Origin: an uncultured bacterium
GTDB lineage: Bacteria; Patescibacteriota; Gracilibacteria; UBA1369; PNNO01
Length of the DNA stretch: 32,000 nt
Reading direction: 5' to 3'
NCBI GenBank assembly: GCA_963704705.1
Contig: OY969931.1
Location: 1,080,001-1,112,000 of the forward strand
The number at the start of each line of letters is the position of its first letter. Positions within the stretch are counted from its first letter, which is position 1. Under the pieces are notes generated by a model. It saw only the letters and a list, made by a program, of their open reading frames with translations, was not told the origin of the DNA and made no database searches. A program made the translations under genes and the position numbers. Shown in pieces: positions 9,530 to 16,954 of this stretch.

Positions 9530-10486
9530 TTATAGCTTTTCTGCGACCCTCATTTTTGCGCTTCGTGCCCGTGGATTTTCTTCTATCTCTTTATAATCGG
9601 GTACTATCGGTTTTTTAGTTAGTATTTTGACCTGCGGTGTGTGTTTGCACTTACAGATCGGTATTTCGGGCGGGCATAAACATCCTTTACTTTCATTTCG
9701 TATGATGTTTTTGACTATTCTGTCTTCCAATGAGTGATACGAAATGACTATTAGTCTTCCGCCTGGTTGTAATATGTTAATTGCGTCTGTAATTGCGACT
9801 TTTAGACTTTCAAGCTCATTGTTTACTTCTATTCTTAAAGCCTGGAAGATTTGCGTTGCCGGGTGTTTTTTGCTTTTTTTGAATTTTTTGGGAAGTCGTG
9901 GTGCGTGCGCTTCAATTAATTCAGCTAATTCAGTTGTTGTTTCTATAGGAAGATTCTCTTTTATAATTCTTGCATACCTCTTGGCCATCCTTTCTTCTCC
10001 GTATTCTCTAAATATTTCAACGAGTTTTCTTTCAGGATATGTTTTTAAGACCATATCAGCTGTAAGGACCTGATTTTTATCAAACCTCATGTCTAGAGGT
10101 CCTTTTTTAATGAATGAGAATCCTCTTTCAGCTTCATCAACCTGAGGCGATGACAGACCAAGATCAAAGAAAATCAATTTTACTTTATTAATTTCTCTTT
10201 CTTCGACTTCTTCTTTTAAATGAGCAAAGTTCTTATTTATAAGGAAAATTTTGTTTTTATTTTTGATATCATTAAGGCGCTTACTTGCTATTTCGAGATT
10301 CTTTTTATCCAGTTCAAACGCTACTAAAGTTCCATTTGGTCCTATCTTTTTAAGAAAAAGTTCGCTGTGTCCTCCAAGTCCAAGTGTGCAATCTATTATA
10401 GTGTCTCCTTTTTGTGTTGTAATGTACTTTTCAACAGTAGTGCTAAGTACAGGAGTATGACCATAATTCGTTTGTTTAAGCGACAT
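9530..10486 (-). CDS. rsmH: 16S rRNA (cytosine(1402)-N(4))-methyltransferase
   Basis: YGHTPVLSTTVEKY, DCTLGLGGHSELFLKKI, FDLGLSSPQVDEAERGFSFIKKGPLDMRFD, PGGRLIVISYHSLEDRIVKNI. ORF opens at 10516; ATG at 10486 gives the usual N-terminus. Confidence 0.95.
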   Translation of the reverse strand: MSLKQTNYGHTPVLSTTVEKYITTQKGDTIIDCTLGLGGHSELFLKKIGPNGTLVAFELDKKNLEIASKRLNDIKNKNKIFLINKNFAHLKEEVEEREINKVKLIFFDLGLSSPQVDEAERGFSFIKKGPLDMRFDKNQVLTADMVLKTYPERKLVEIFREYGEERMAKRYARIIKENLPIETTTELAELIEAHAPRLPKKFKKSKKHPATQIFQALRIEVNNELESLKVAITDAINILQPGGRLIVISYHSLEDRIVKNIIRNESKGCLCPPEIPICKCKHTPQVKILTKKPIVPDYKEIEENPRARSAKMRVAEKL

Positions 10487-10810
10487 TCTCTTATTATTAC
10501 CTCTTTTGATGTTCAAAACTTGTGCACAATATGTGTATAACTTTTTTGAACGTCTAAATACGGCTTTAATTTAAGGTTTTAAAGGATTATTGTCAATAAA
10601 ATCATAATTTTTAGTATAAAATTTGTACTCCCAACGTGCATCCAACACTCGAAACAGCCTACAAATAAGCCAAGTTGCCCAAAATTACAATTCTATTGAA
10701 CAATTGACACATTATTGTATAACAAATGTATACATTAAATATACTTGGCAATTGTATTCCCCTGTGGTACAACAATAAGTAGAATCAAATATTAAATAAG
10801 TACAAAACTT

Positions 10811-11272
10811 TTGAACATACCTCCGGAATTACTAGTATTTTTCTCAGCTATGCTCCCTATAACAGAACTAAGGGGATCAATTCCTTTAGGCTTTATTCTT
10901 GGCCTGCCTGCTGAAGCAACTTTTATATATGCATTAATCGGTAATATAATTCCATGTTTTTTAATACTTTGGGTACTTGAACCTATTTCAAAATTTTTAT
11001 CGCTTCATATCGCGTTTTTTGAAAAATTCTTTGATAAATTATATAAAAGAACCCATGACAAACATAAGGATGCCATTGAAAAATACGGCCCAATATTCCT
11101 TATTGTATTTGTTGCGATCCCCTTGCCTGGCAGCGGAGCCTGGACCGGCAGTTTAATTGCCTTTTTATTTGGAATAAAATATTGGAAAGCTGTAAGTTAC
11201 ATAAGCCTTGGGTTAATTATTGCTGCTTCGCTAATTACACTTGGAATAACGGGGGCGATAAGCTTGTTTTAG
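10811..11272 (+). CDS. small multidrug export (Sm_multidrug_ex) / COG2426-type membrane protein
   Basis: 153 aa; AMLPITELRGSIPLGFILGLP and FLIVFVAIPLPGSGAWTGSLIAFLFGI match the family signature as I know it. Confidence 0.8.
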   Translation: MNIPPELLVFFSAMLPITELRGSIPLGFILGLPAEATFIYALIGNIIPCFLILWVLEPISKFLSLHIAFFEKFFDKLYKRTHDKHKDAIEKYGPIFLIVFVAIPLPGSGAWTGSLIAFLFGIKYWKAVSYISLGLIIAASLITLGITGAISLF

Positions 11273-12086
11273 CCATTTTATATTTCCGAAACTTTCTATC
11301 TATAATAGATTCAGATTGATGAGCTAGCTCATGATGGGGCCTACACAAAGGCTCAAGTTCGTCATGTTTGCGAAAAATCGACCAGGGTTTGGAATGATGG
11401 ATTTCTTCTGCCGGCCTATTACAGCCTGGCACAGAACATTTACCATTAGTTACGGTTAATGCATCACGGCGTTCCTTAGCCGAAGCTTGCCGGGATTCTG
11501 AATTTGATAATTTTGGATTTTTTTGTGGTTTTGGTAACGGAAGGTCAACCAATTTAGTAAAAACATCATTCCAGGTAGCACCATTACCCATTTTTTGCTT
11601 GATGATTTTAAGCTTAAGAATGATGTCCGGATCTAATTTTGCAGTAAAATCCTGAAATTCCTTGTCATAAATTGGATTTTCTGGTTCAATCAGCTTTCTA
11701 TGCCCGGGCATGGAATTTTTTATATCACTAATATGTGTTTCTAATGCTGTTTTTGACATTTTTTGAACTTTGGCTACCCACTGCTTTTCAGTTTTTTTAT
11801 TTGCAATATCCGCAACTCTTCTTAATTTGCTTAATCCTACTTCTGGCATAAGGGCTCTTAGTTTTGGCAATTCTTTTAATTTTTCATCAACCCTGATAGC
11901 TTCTTCAACTACAGCCCCGCTGATTCCTCCAACTTTTGCAGCGCATTCATAGATTGAAGCAAATCCTTTTTTCTTATAGATATTGTTTTTATAAATTCTC
12001 GGAATCATTGCCACAAATTCCTTCCTCTTAATTAAAATAATTTTGCCAATATTTCTAAATTTTTCATAATATTGATTATCATTCAT
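11235..12086 (-). CDS. HNH endonuclease domain protein
   Basis: C-terminal CSVPGCNRPAEEIHHSKPWSIFRKHDELEPLCRPHHELAHQS (HNH with CxxC-type zinc ligands). Confidence 0.75.
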   Translation of the reverse strand: MNDNQYYEKFRNIGKIILIKRKEFVAMIPRIYKNNIYKKKGFASIYECAAKVGGISGAVVEEAIRVDEKLKELPKLRALMPEVGLSKLRRVADIANKKTEKQWVAKVQKMSKTALETHISDIKNSMPGHRKLIEPENPIYDKEFQDFTAKLDPDIILKLKIIKQKMGNGATWNDVFTKLVDLPLPKPQKNPKLSNSESRQASAKERRDALTVTNGKCSVPGCNRPAEEIHHSKPWSIFRKHDELEPLCRPHHELAHQSESIIDRKFRKYKMAKTSLSPPLFQV

Positions 12087-12209
12087 ATTCCAATTGGTTA
12101 ATACACATTAATTATAATAAATATGGCGCTCAATTTCCAGTGTTTTGACTGGACTTTTTTACATAAATGGTGTACAAATACTCACCCATAAATCCCTGTA
12201 GTAAATCCA

Positions 12210-12218
12210 TGCTATAAT
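12210..12218 (+). promoter_or_regulatory. putative extended -10 promoter of the SLH gene
   Basis: TGCTATAAT at 12210-12218, 32 bp upstream of ATG at 12251; poor -35. Confidence 0.4.
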
Positions 12219-12250
12219 CGTTTTAATAAATAGTAACTAACCGTCAAAAT

Positions 12251-13171
12251 ATGAAAAAACTCTTCGTAGCAGCACTTATAATTGGTGCTTTTTTTGCTGC
12301 GCAAACCGCATTAGCAAGTGACGTATGCTCAAACGAGCCTCAGGAAACTGCTGATTTTTATGTAGAAAATACTCAGCCAAACTGGCTTTTAAGTATGTCT
12401 TGTGTAGATTCTGAAATATTAACAACAATGCCAACAGGCTCTGTTATGCATGTAATAGGAAAAACCGAAGGCTGGCATAAACTTGTTACTGAAGATGGTC
12501 TTATTGGATGGATGTGGGAAGATTATGTAACGCCAACAACGAAGGCTTTTAATCCAAAGAGCGAAGAACCTGAACCAGCTCCAGAACCAGCTGAATATGT
12601 TGCAATGCGCGATATCGCAGGACACAAATACGAAGACGCAATTTGGTTTGTTTATAACAACGGAATCGTTCAGGGATATGAAGATGGCTCATATAAGCCA
12701 GAACAAAAAATCAACCGAGCTGAATTCTTAAAAATTCTAGTTGAATCAACTAACTTTCAGGATGATATTGAAAGTTACGAAGGTAAAAATTGTTTCAGTG
12801 ATATAAAAGCAGATGCTTGGTATTCTAAATATGTTTGTTTTGCTAAAGATAAAATGATTGTTGAAGGATATACAGACGGCTCTTATAAACCTGCTAATGA
12901 AATTAATTTTGTTGAAGCTCTTAAAATAATTTTTATGGTTTACACTTTTGAATATGAATCAGGAGAAGAGCCATGGTATAAACCTTTTGTGGATGTTGCT
13001 TCTGAAAAGAATTTTATACCTTTAGATATTGATCATTTTGATGATAAGCTTACAAGAGGCCAAATGGCTGAAATGATAACAAGAATCATGAAATATCAGG
13101 CAAACGAACTTGATAATTATTTAGGTGCAATGGCTGATGCAAAAATCACCTATGAGATGTTGGAATCTTAG
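12251..13171 (+). CDS. secreted protein with SH3-like domain and S-layer homology (SLH) domains
   Basis: Signal peptide (MKKLFVAALIIGAFFAAQTALAS), SH3b-like segment (VMHVIGKTEGWHKLVTEDGLIGWMWEDYV), SLH motifs (YEDAIWFVYNNGIVQGYEDGSYKPEQKINRAEFLKILVE; CFAKDKMIVEGYTDGSYKPANEINFVEALKI). Confidence 0.82.
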   Translation: MKKLFVAALIIGAFFAAQTALASDVCSNEPQETADFYVENTQPNWLLSMSCVDSEILTTMPTGSVMHVIGKTEGWHKLVTEDGLIGWMWEDYVTPTTKAFNPKSEEPEPAPEPAEYVAMRDIAGHKYEDAIWFVYNNGIVQGYEDGSYKPEQKINRAEFLKILVESTNFQDDIESYEGKNCFSDIKADAWYSKYVCFAKDKMIVEGYTDGSYKPANEINFVEALKIIFMVYTFEYESGEEPWYKPFVDVASEKNFIPLDIDHFDDKLTRGQMAEMITRIMKYQANELDNYLGAMADAKITYEMLES

Positions 13172-14264
13172 AAAGCGCCCCCTGCCCTGCCAACCTTCCT
13201 GTTGCCCAGGCAATTTGAAGGTTAAACCCCCCTGTTAAACCATCTACATTCAAAACTTCGCCTGCAAAATAAATACGCGGGTCAAGTTTTGATTGCATGG
13301 TTTTAGGATCAACTTCATTTGTATCAACGCCGCCGGCAGTTACAATTTCACGGCCTGGGGTTCTGCCTTTTATTGTAAATTGATGTTTTTTTAAGTGAAG
13401 GATCTTTTGCTGTATCTGCTGTTTACTTAATTCACTAATATTCATATTCGGAGCAAAAAGTTCAGCCAGTGATTTAGGAATATATTTTTGAAAAATTTTA
13501 ACAAGCTTTTCCTTGGGATTATTCTGAATTTCAGTTCGAATTTGATCTTCATTGATATCAGGGATGAAATCTATACTCAGTATTTTGTTTTCAATATCTT
13601 CGAAAGCGGTAAATGCAGAAATCGCAAATATAGCGGGACCAGTTAAACCTTTATGAGTAAACAAAATAGGACCGGTAAAATTATAATCCAAAAAAGTAAG
13701 CTTTGCTTTTTGAATTGAAACCCCGCTCAAATCAGGAACATCTGCAATAAATGAAGTTAATGTTGGAGCGAGCCTGGTTATTTTATGACCAACTGATTCC
13801 GCAAGATTATAACCACTTTTACCTCCTGTTGTTATTATTATTTTATCTGCATCTAAATCATTCAAATCATTAACTTCTGTATTAAAATGAATCTTTGCAG
13901 ACTCAAATATTTTAATAAACATATCAATAATCTGCTCCCCATCTTCAGATTCAGGAAAAACCCTCTTACCTTCTGCCTTAAGCTTAATCCCGTGATCTTC
14001 AAACCACTTATAAGTTTGCTCGGGCCCAAATTCATACATCGCATATTTAAGCCATTTTGAGCCTCTAGGATAATTCTGAGTCAAATCACGTATATTTGTG
14101 ATTGTTGTAGTTATGTTGCACCTTCCTCCTCCGGTCTTCACAAATTTTTGACCCAATTTTGAATTTTTTTCATAAATTGTAATTTCAACCGAAGGATTGG
14201 TTTCTGCGATTGTTGCCGCAGCCATCATTCCTGCCGGCCCTCCACCAATAATTGATATTTTCAT
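13146..14264 (-). CDS. NAD(P)/FAD-dependent oxidoreductase, HI0933/BaiN-like family
   Basis: ISIIGGGPAGMMAAATIAE, GQKFVKTGGGRCNITT, THKGLTGPAIFAIS, TAGGVDTNEVDPKTMQSK, YFAGEVLNVDGLTGGFNLQIAWATGRLAG. Confidence 0.93.
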   Translation of the reverse strand: MKISIIGGGPAGMMAAATIAETNPSVEITIYEKNSKLGQKFVKTGGGRCNITTTITNIRDLTQNYPRGSKWLKYAMYEFGPEQTYKWFEDHGIKLKAEGKRVFPESEDGEQIIDMFIKIFESAKIHFNTEVNDLNDLDADKIIITTGGKSGYNLAESVGHKITRLAPTLTSFIADVPDLSGVSIQKAKLTFLDYNFTGPILFTHKGLTGPAIFAISAFTAFEDIENKILSIDFIPDINEDQIRTEIQNNPKEKLVKIFQKYIPKSLAELFAPNMNISELSKQQIQQKILHLKKHQFTIKGRTPGREIVTAGGVDTNEVDPKTMQSKLDPRIYFAGEVLNVDGLTGGFNLQIAWATGRLAGQGALSKIPTSHR

Positions 14265-14300
14265 AAATTGATTATATATGAAAAGTTAGAAAGTTGGGAC

Positions 14301-14328
14301 TTGACAAATTTAAATAAGTTTGTATAAT
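14301..14328 (+). promoter_or_regulatory. perfect-consensus sigma-70-type promoter driving GC-rich unit A
   Basis: TTGACA (14301-14306) - N16 - TATAAT (14323-14328). Confidence 0.8.
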
Positions 14329-14334
14329 AAAAGC

Positions 14335-14702
14335 ATCTTTCGTCAGCGGCGCTCATAGTCTTGAGCTGCCCCTGGCGCGTTTACGATCGATGATCCTTAC
14401 AACGCGGCAACCAGCCGCACAACAACCAATCAGAAAGGACGGCGCACAAAAATGGGTCCGTGACACTCAAAAACTTTATGTTGGAGAACCCCTGGCATCA
14501 ACCCCAAACCAAGGAAGGGCCATCACCATGAGCTACTTCAGCTCCAAGTGTCGCAAACGCTAGTGCGGACGCCGATCTACGCCCGGATCGAATCGCGGCC
14601 CGCGGACAAGACGACAAGTCCGACGTCGCGGTAGATCGCAGGGCAGCAGGATGATCGATGGCCGTCCCCCCGAATTTGCTCGGGGGGACGGCCAAACTTT
14701 TT
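14335..14702 (+). ncRNA. candidate novel GC-rich structured RNA (or mini-ORF-bearing RNA), unit A
   Basis: About 360 nt between the consensus promoter and a perfect terminator; GC 55-67% in counted 60-nt lines versus clearly AT-rich flanks. Hairpins: GCTCA/TGAGC 14351-14366, GCGGC/GCCGC 14404-14418. Nested 3' domain: CGATCTAC 14573-14580 with GTAGATCG 14631-14638, CGCG/CGCG, CGGAC/GTCCG 14603-14622. Possible closing helix GCTGCCC 14365-14371 with GGGCAGC 14641-14647. No ORF of normal size on + strand. Confidence 0.6.
14660..14702 (+). terminator. strong intrinsic terminator of unit A
   Basis: GGCCGTCCCCCCG (14660-14672) AATTTGCT CGGGGGGACGGCC (14681-14693), perfect 13-bp stem, then AAACTTTTT; U-tract overlaps stop codon of the convergent gene at 14701. 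Confidence 0.92.
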
Positions 14703-15309
14703 AAATTTTAAAATCCCCCCTTAAAACCACTCCTTCCACGCAGTCATAAACTGCACTTGGTTCATTAACGCCTATAAATCCCCCGTCAATAACCAAATCG
14801 GGTTCTACAGTAATATCTTCGCTTTTTAATTGTGTAAAAAAATCTTCAATTGCATAGTTTTCAGATCTGCCTGAAACATTTGCTGAAGTTGTTGTAAACG
14901 GATGCCCCAACTTTTTCGCGATATTAACAAGGCTTTCATAAGCCGGATTTCGAAGACCTACTTTTTCAATACATTTATTGAAAAAAGGAGGTAAAGTATG
15001 AAGTCGATTCACAATAAAGGTGTAAGGTCCCGGCCAAAATCTTCCCATTAATTCTTCTGCACGGCTATTAACTTCTCCCCAGTGCCGCGCATCTTCCAAA
15101 TCACTAACAACAATACTAACAGGTTTAAATTGATTCATTTGTTTAAACCTATAAAGTTTTGTGAGTGCGTCTTCATTAAAAATATCAACTGCCAAGCCAT
15201 AGCAGGTTTCTGTCGGATGAACAACCAATCCTCCCTGATTTAAAGTGCGGACAAATTCCTCTTCAACTGTACTTCCCCATTTATCTCCCTTAACTGTCAA
15301 CCTTTTCAT
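14701..15309 (-). CDS. L-threonylcarbamoyladenylate synthase, Sua5/YciO/YrdC family
   Basis: GGLVVHPTETCYGLAVDIFNEDALTKLYRFKQMNQFKPVSIVVSD, RFWPGPYTFIV, TTTSANVSG. Confidence 0.92.
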   Translation of the reverse strand: MKRLTVKGDKWGSTVEEEFVRTLNQGGLVVHPTETCYGLAVDIFNEDALTKLYRFKQMNQFKPVSIVVSDLEDARHWGEVNSRAEELMGRFWPGPYTFIVNRLHTLPPFFNKCIEKVGLRNPAYESLVNIAKKLGHPFTTTSANVSGRSENYAIEDFFTQLKSEDITVEPDLVIDGGFIGVNEPSAVYDCVEGVVLRGDFKI

Positions 15310-15380
15310 AATGATTTGTTATTGACCTCGACCATTCTACTGCGCTATTACTATCCACGCAATCTAACAAATTTTTTATC

Positions 15381-16385
15381 ATGAAACCAAAAGTTTTTAT
15401 AAACGGCTTCGGAAGAATCGGTCGTCTGGTTTTTCGTATAAACCATTTACGCGACAAACTGGATATCGTAGGCATTAATGATCCAAATCCAATTGAAATG
15501 CTTGTACATTTATTAAAGTATGATTCTTCTTATGGACATTTTGACGGCAAAATCGAAATTGTGAATGACAATGAAATGAAAGTAGACGGAAAATCAATAA
15601 AAGTTTATCACACACGCGAACCTCTTGAATTGGAACATGGTGACAATGGCATTGATATAGCAATTGAAGCTACAGGCGCATTCAGAGATCGCGAAGGCGC
15701 AAGCAAGCATCTTCAGGCAGGTGCAAAAAAAGTTTTAATTACAGCTCCGGGTAAAGGTATTGATAGAACTTTAGTGATGGGTGTAAATGAAGGCGATCTA
15801 CATGCTGAAAAAGATCAGATTATTTCAAATGCAAGTTGTACAACAAACTGTATTGCTCCGGTTATTAAAGTTTTGAATGAATCACTTGGAATTGAAAAAG
15901 GATTATTAACTACAATTCATGCAGTTACAACTTCACAAAATATTCTTGATGCTTCAAGCAAAGATTACAGAAGAGCTCGCAGCGCTATTAGCTCAATGAT
16001 TCCAACAACTACCGGAGCTGCTGTTGCGGTTGCTCTTGTTTATCCTGAAATGGAAGGAAAATTAAATGGAATGGCAATCCGCGTACCATTACCTACTGTT
16101 TCGTTGGTGGACTTTGTATTCAACGCAAAAAAAGAGGCTTCAGTTGAAGAAATAAATAAAATTTTAAAAGATGCTGCTGATGGCGGACTTAAAGGAATTT
16201 TAGGATTCAGCAATGAGCCTTTAGTAAGTGTTGATTACAAAGGAACTCACTTTAGCTCGGTTATCGACGGCCTTTCAACTATGGTTGTGGGAGATTTAAT
16301 AAAAGTAATCGCCTGGTACGACAATGAATGGGGCTACAGCGAAAGAACCGTTGATATGGCTGCTTATATTGGAAGCAAGATGTAG
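15381..16385 (+). CDS. gap: glyceraldehyde-3-phosphate dehydrogenase, type I
   Basis: VFINGFGRIGRLVFR, ISNASCTTNCIAPVIKVL, TTIHAVTTSQNILD, WYDNEWGYSERTVDMAAYI. Confidence 0.96.
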   Translation: MKPKVFINGFGRIGRLVFRINHLRDKLDIVGINDPNPIEMLVHLLKYDSSYGHFDGKIEIVNDNEMKVDGKSIKVYHTREPLELEHGDNGIDIAIEATGAFRDREGASKHLQAGAKKVLITAPGKGIDRTLVMGVNEGDLHAEKDQIISNASCTTNCIAPVIKVLNESLGIEKGLLTTIHAVTTSQNILDASSKDYRRARSAISSMIPTTTGAAVAVALVYPEMEGKLNGMAIRVPLPTVSLVDFVFNAKKEASVEEINKILKDAADGGLKGILGFSNEPLVSVDYKGTHFSSVIDGLSTMVVGDLIKVIAWYDNEWGYSERTVDMAAYIGSKM

Positions 16386-16386
16386 T

Positions 16387-16414
16387 TTGACATCATAAAA
16401 ATTTCGTTTATAAT
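16387..16414 (+). promoter_or_regulatory. perfect-consensus sigma-70-type promoter of GC-rich unit B
   Basis: TTGACA (16387-16392) - N16 - TATAAT (16409-16414), starting one base after the gap stop codon. Confidence 0.8.
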
Positions 16415-16415
16415 T

Positions 16416-16488
16416 CCAGCAGATTCAATCAAAACATTGAAGCTATCTTTTGATATGCTGGATTGACCTTTGAAAGGTGAAAAGGAGG
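16416..16488 (+). promoter_or_regulatory. structured leader and Shine-Dalgarno of unit B
   Basis: CCAGCA (16416-16421)/TGCTGG (16456-16461) plus ATCAAAA (16428-16434)/TTTTGAT (16448-16454); second small hairpin ACCTT-TGA-AAGGT (16466-16478); AGGAGG 16483-16488, 7 nt from ATG. Confidence 0.5.
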
Positions 16489-16495
16489 TATTCGG

Positions 16496-16897
16496 ATGGA
16501 TGCATCGCTGTTAAACAACTTCTCAATGCCCTTAAATTGGTACGCTGAGATCAAGGAGGCTCTCGGCGCCACATTCGAACCCGCAGCTCACTTCCTGGGC
16601 CGCATGATGCCCTTTGGGCCAATCAAGGCCTCGGCAATGCAAGCCATGGGCGTGATCGCCTGGCTCAACTTTCGGGGTCTCACCGTAGAAAACCTCTACG
16701 ATGAACCCAAGTACTTCCAGGAGCTACGCGTCACCATGTGGGTATACGCAATCGGGAACTTCTCGAACGATCCCGAGTCGAGCCAAAAGCTCATCAACCT
16801 GGCCGCGGCCAGCGAGCACATCCTCAAGGGAGTCAAGGACAAGGTCCCGTGGGAAGCCATCGAGCAAAGTCTGAAGGACTTGGCTGTTGCCGCATGA
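16496..16897 (+). CDS. orphan GC-rich 133-aa protein of unknown function
   Basis: Intact ORF with canonical SD (AAAGGAGGT), its own promoter and terminator, strong G/C preference at third codon positions unlike neighbours; no family recognised. Confidence 0.75.
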   Translation: MDASLLNNFSMPLNWYAEIKEALGATFEPAAHFLGRMMPFGPIKASAMQAMGVIAWLNFRGLTVENLYDEPKYFQELRVTMWVYAIGNFSNDPESSQKLINLAAASEHILKGVKDKVPWEAIEQSLKDLAVAA

Positions 16898-16922
16898 TGC
16901 CCGTCATCACCTTTTGTTCCGG

Positions 16923-16954
16923 CCCGTCTGCAAGTGCAGGCGGGTCGCTTTTTT
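16923..16954 (+). terminator. intrinsic terminator of unit B
   Basis: CCCGTCTG CAAGTG CAGGCGGG (16923-16944) then TCGCTTTTTT; U-tract overlaps the stop codon (16953-16955) of the convergent ATPase. Confidence 0.88.

Noticed and set aside
13146-13171. Alternative genetic code with UGA as sense codon (as in Gracilibacteria/Absconditabacteria)
   Set aside because: Conserved genes are full length under the standard code, and UGA terminates the HI0933-type gene at its expected end.
14498-14695. 65-aa minus-strand ORF (MAVPPSKFGGTAIDHPAALR...) covering part of unit A
   Set aside because: It begins inside the perfect terminator hairpin and lies antisense to the promoter-terminator unit. Its openness is what GC-rich sequence yields by chance.
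14335-14702. Unit A as RNase P RNA, tmRNA, SRP RNA or 6S RNA
   Set aside because: I do not see the GAGGAAAGTCC core of RNase P, the tRNA-like ends and Ala-resume tag of tmRNA, the SRP GGAAGCA-type loop, or a 6S-type single bulged hairpin. A covariance-model scan is still needed.
14301-16954. GC-rich units as assembly contamination or chimera
   Set aside because: Each is seamlessly joined to AT-rich consensus promoters, and each terminator U-tract is shared with the native convergent gene's stop codon. Read mapping would be decisive.
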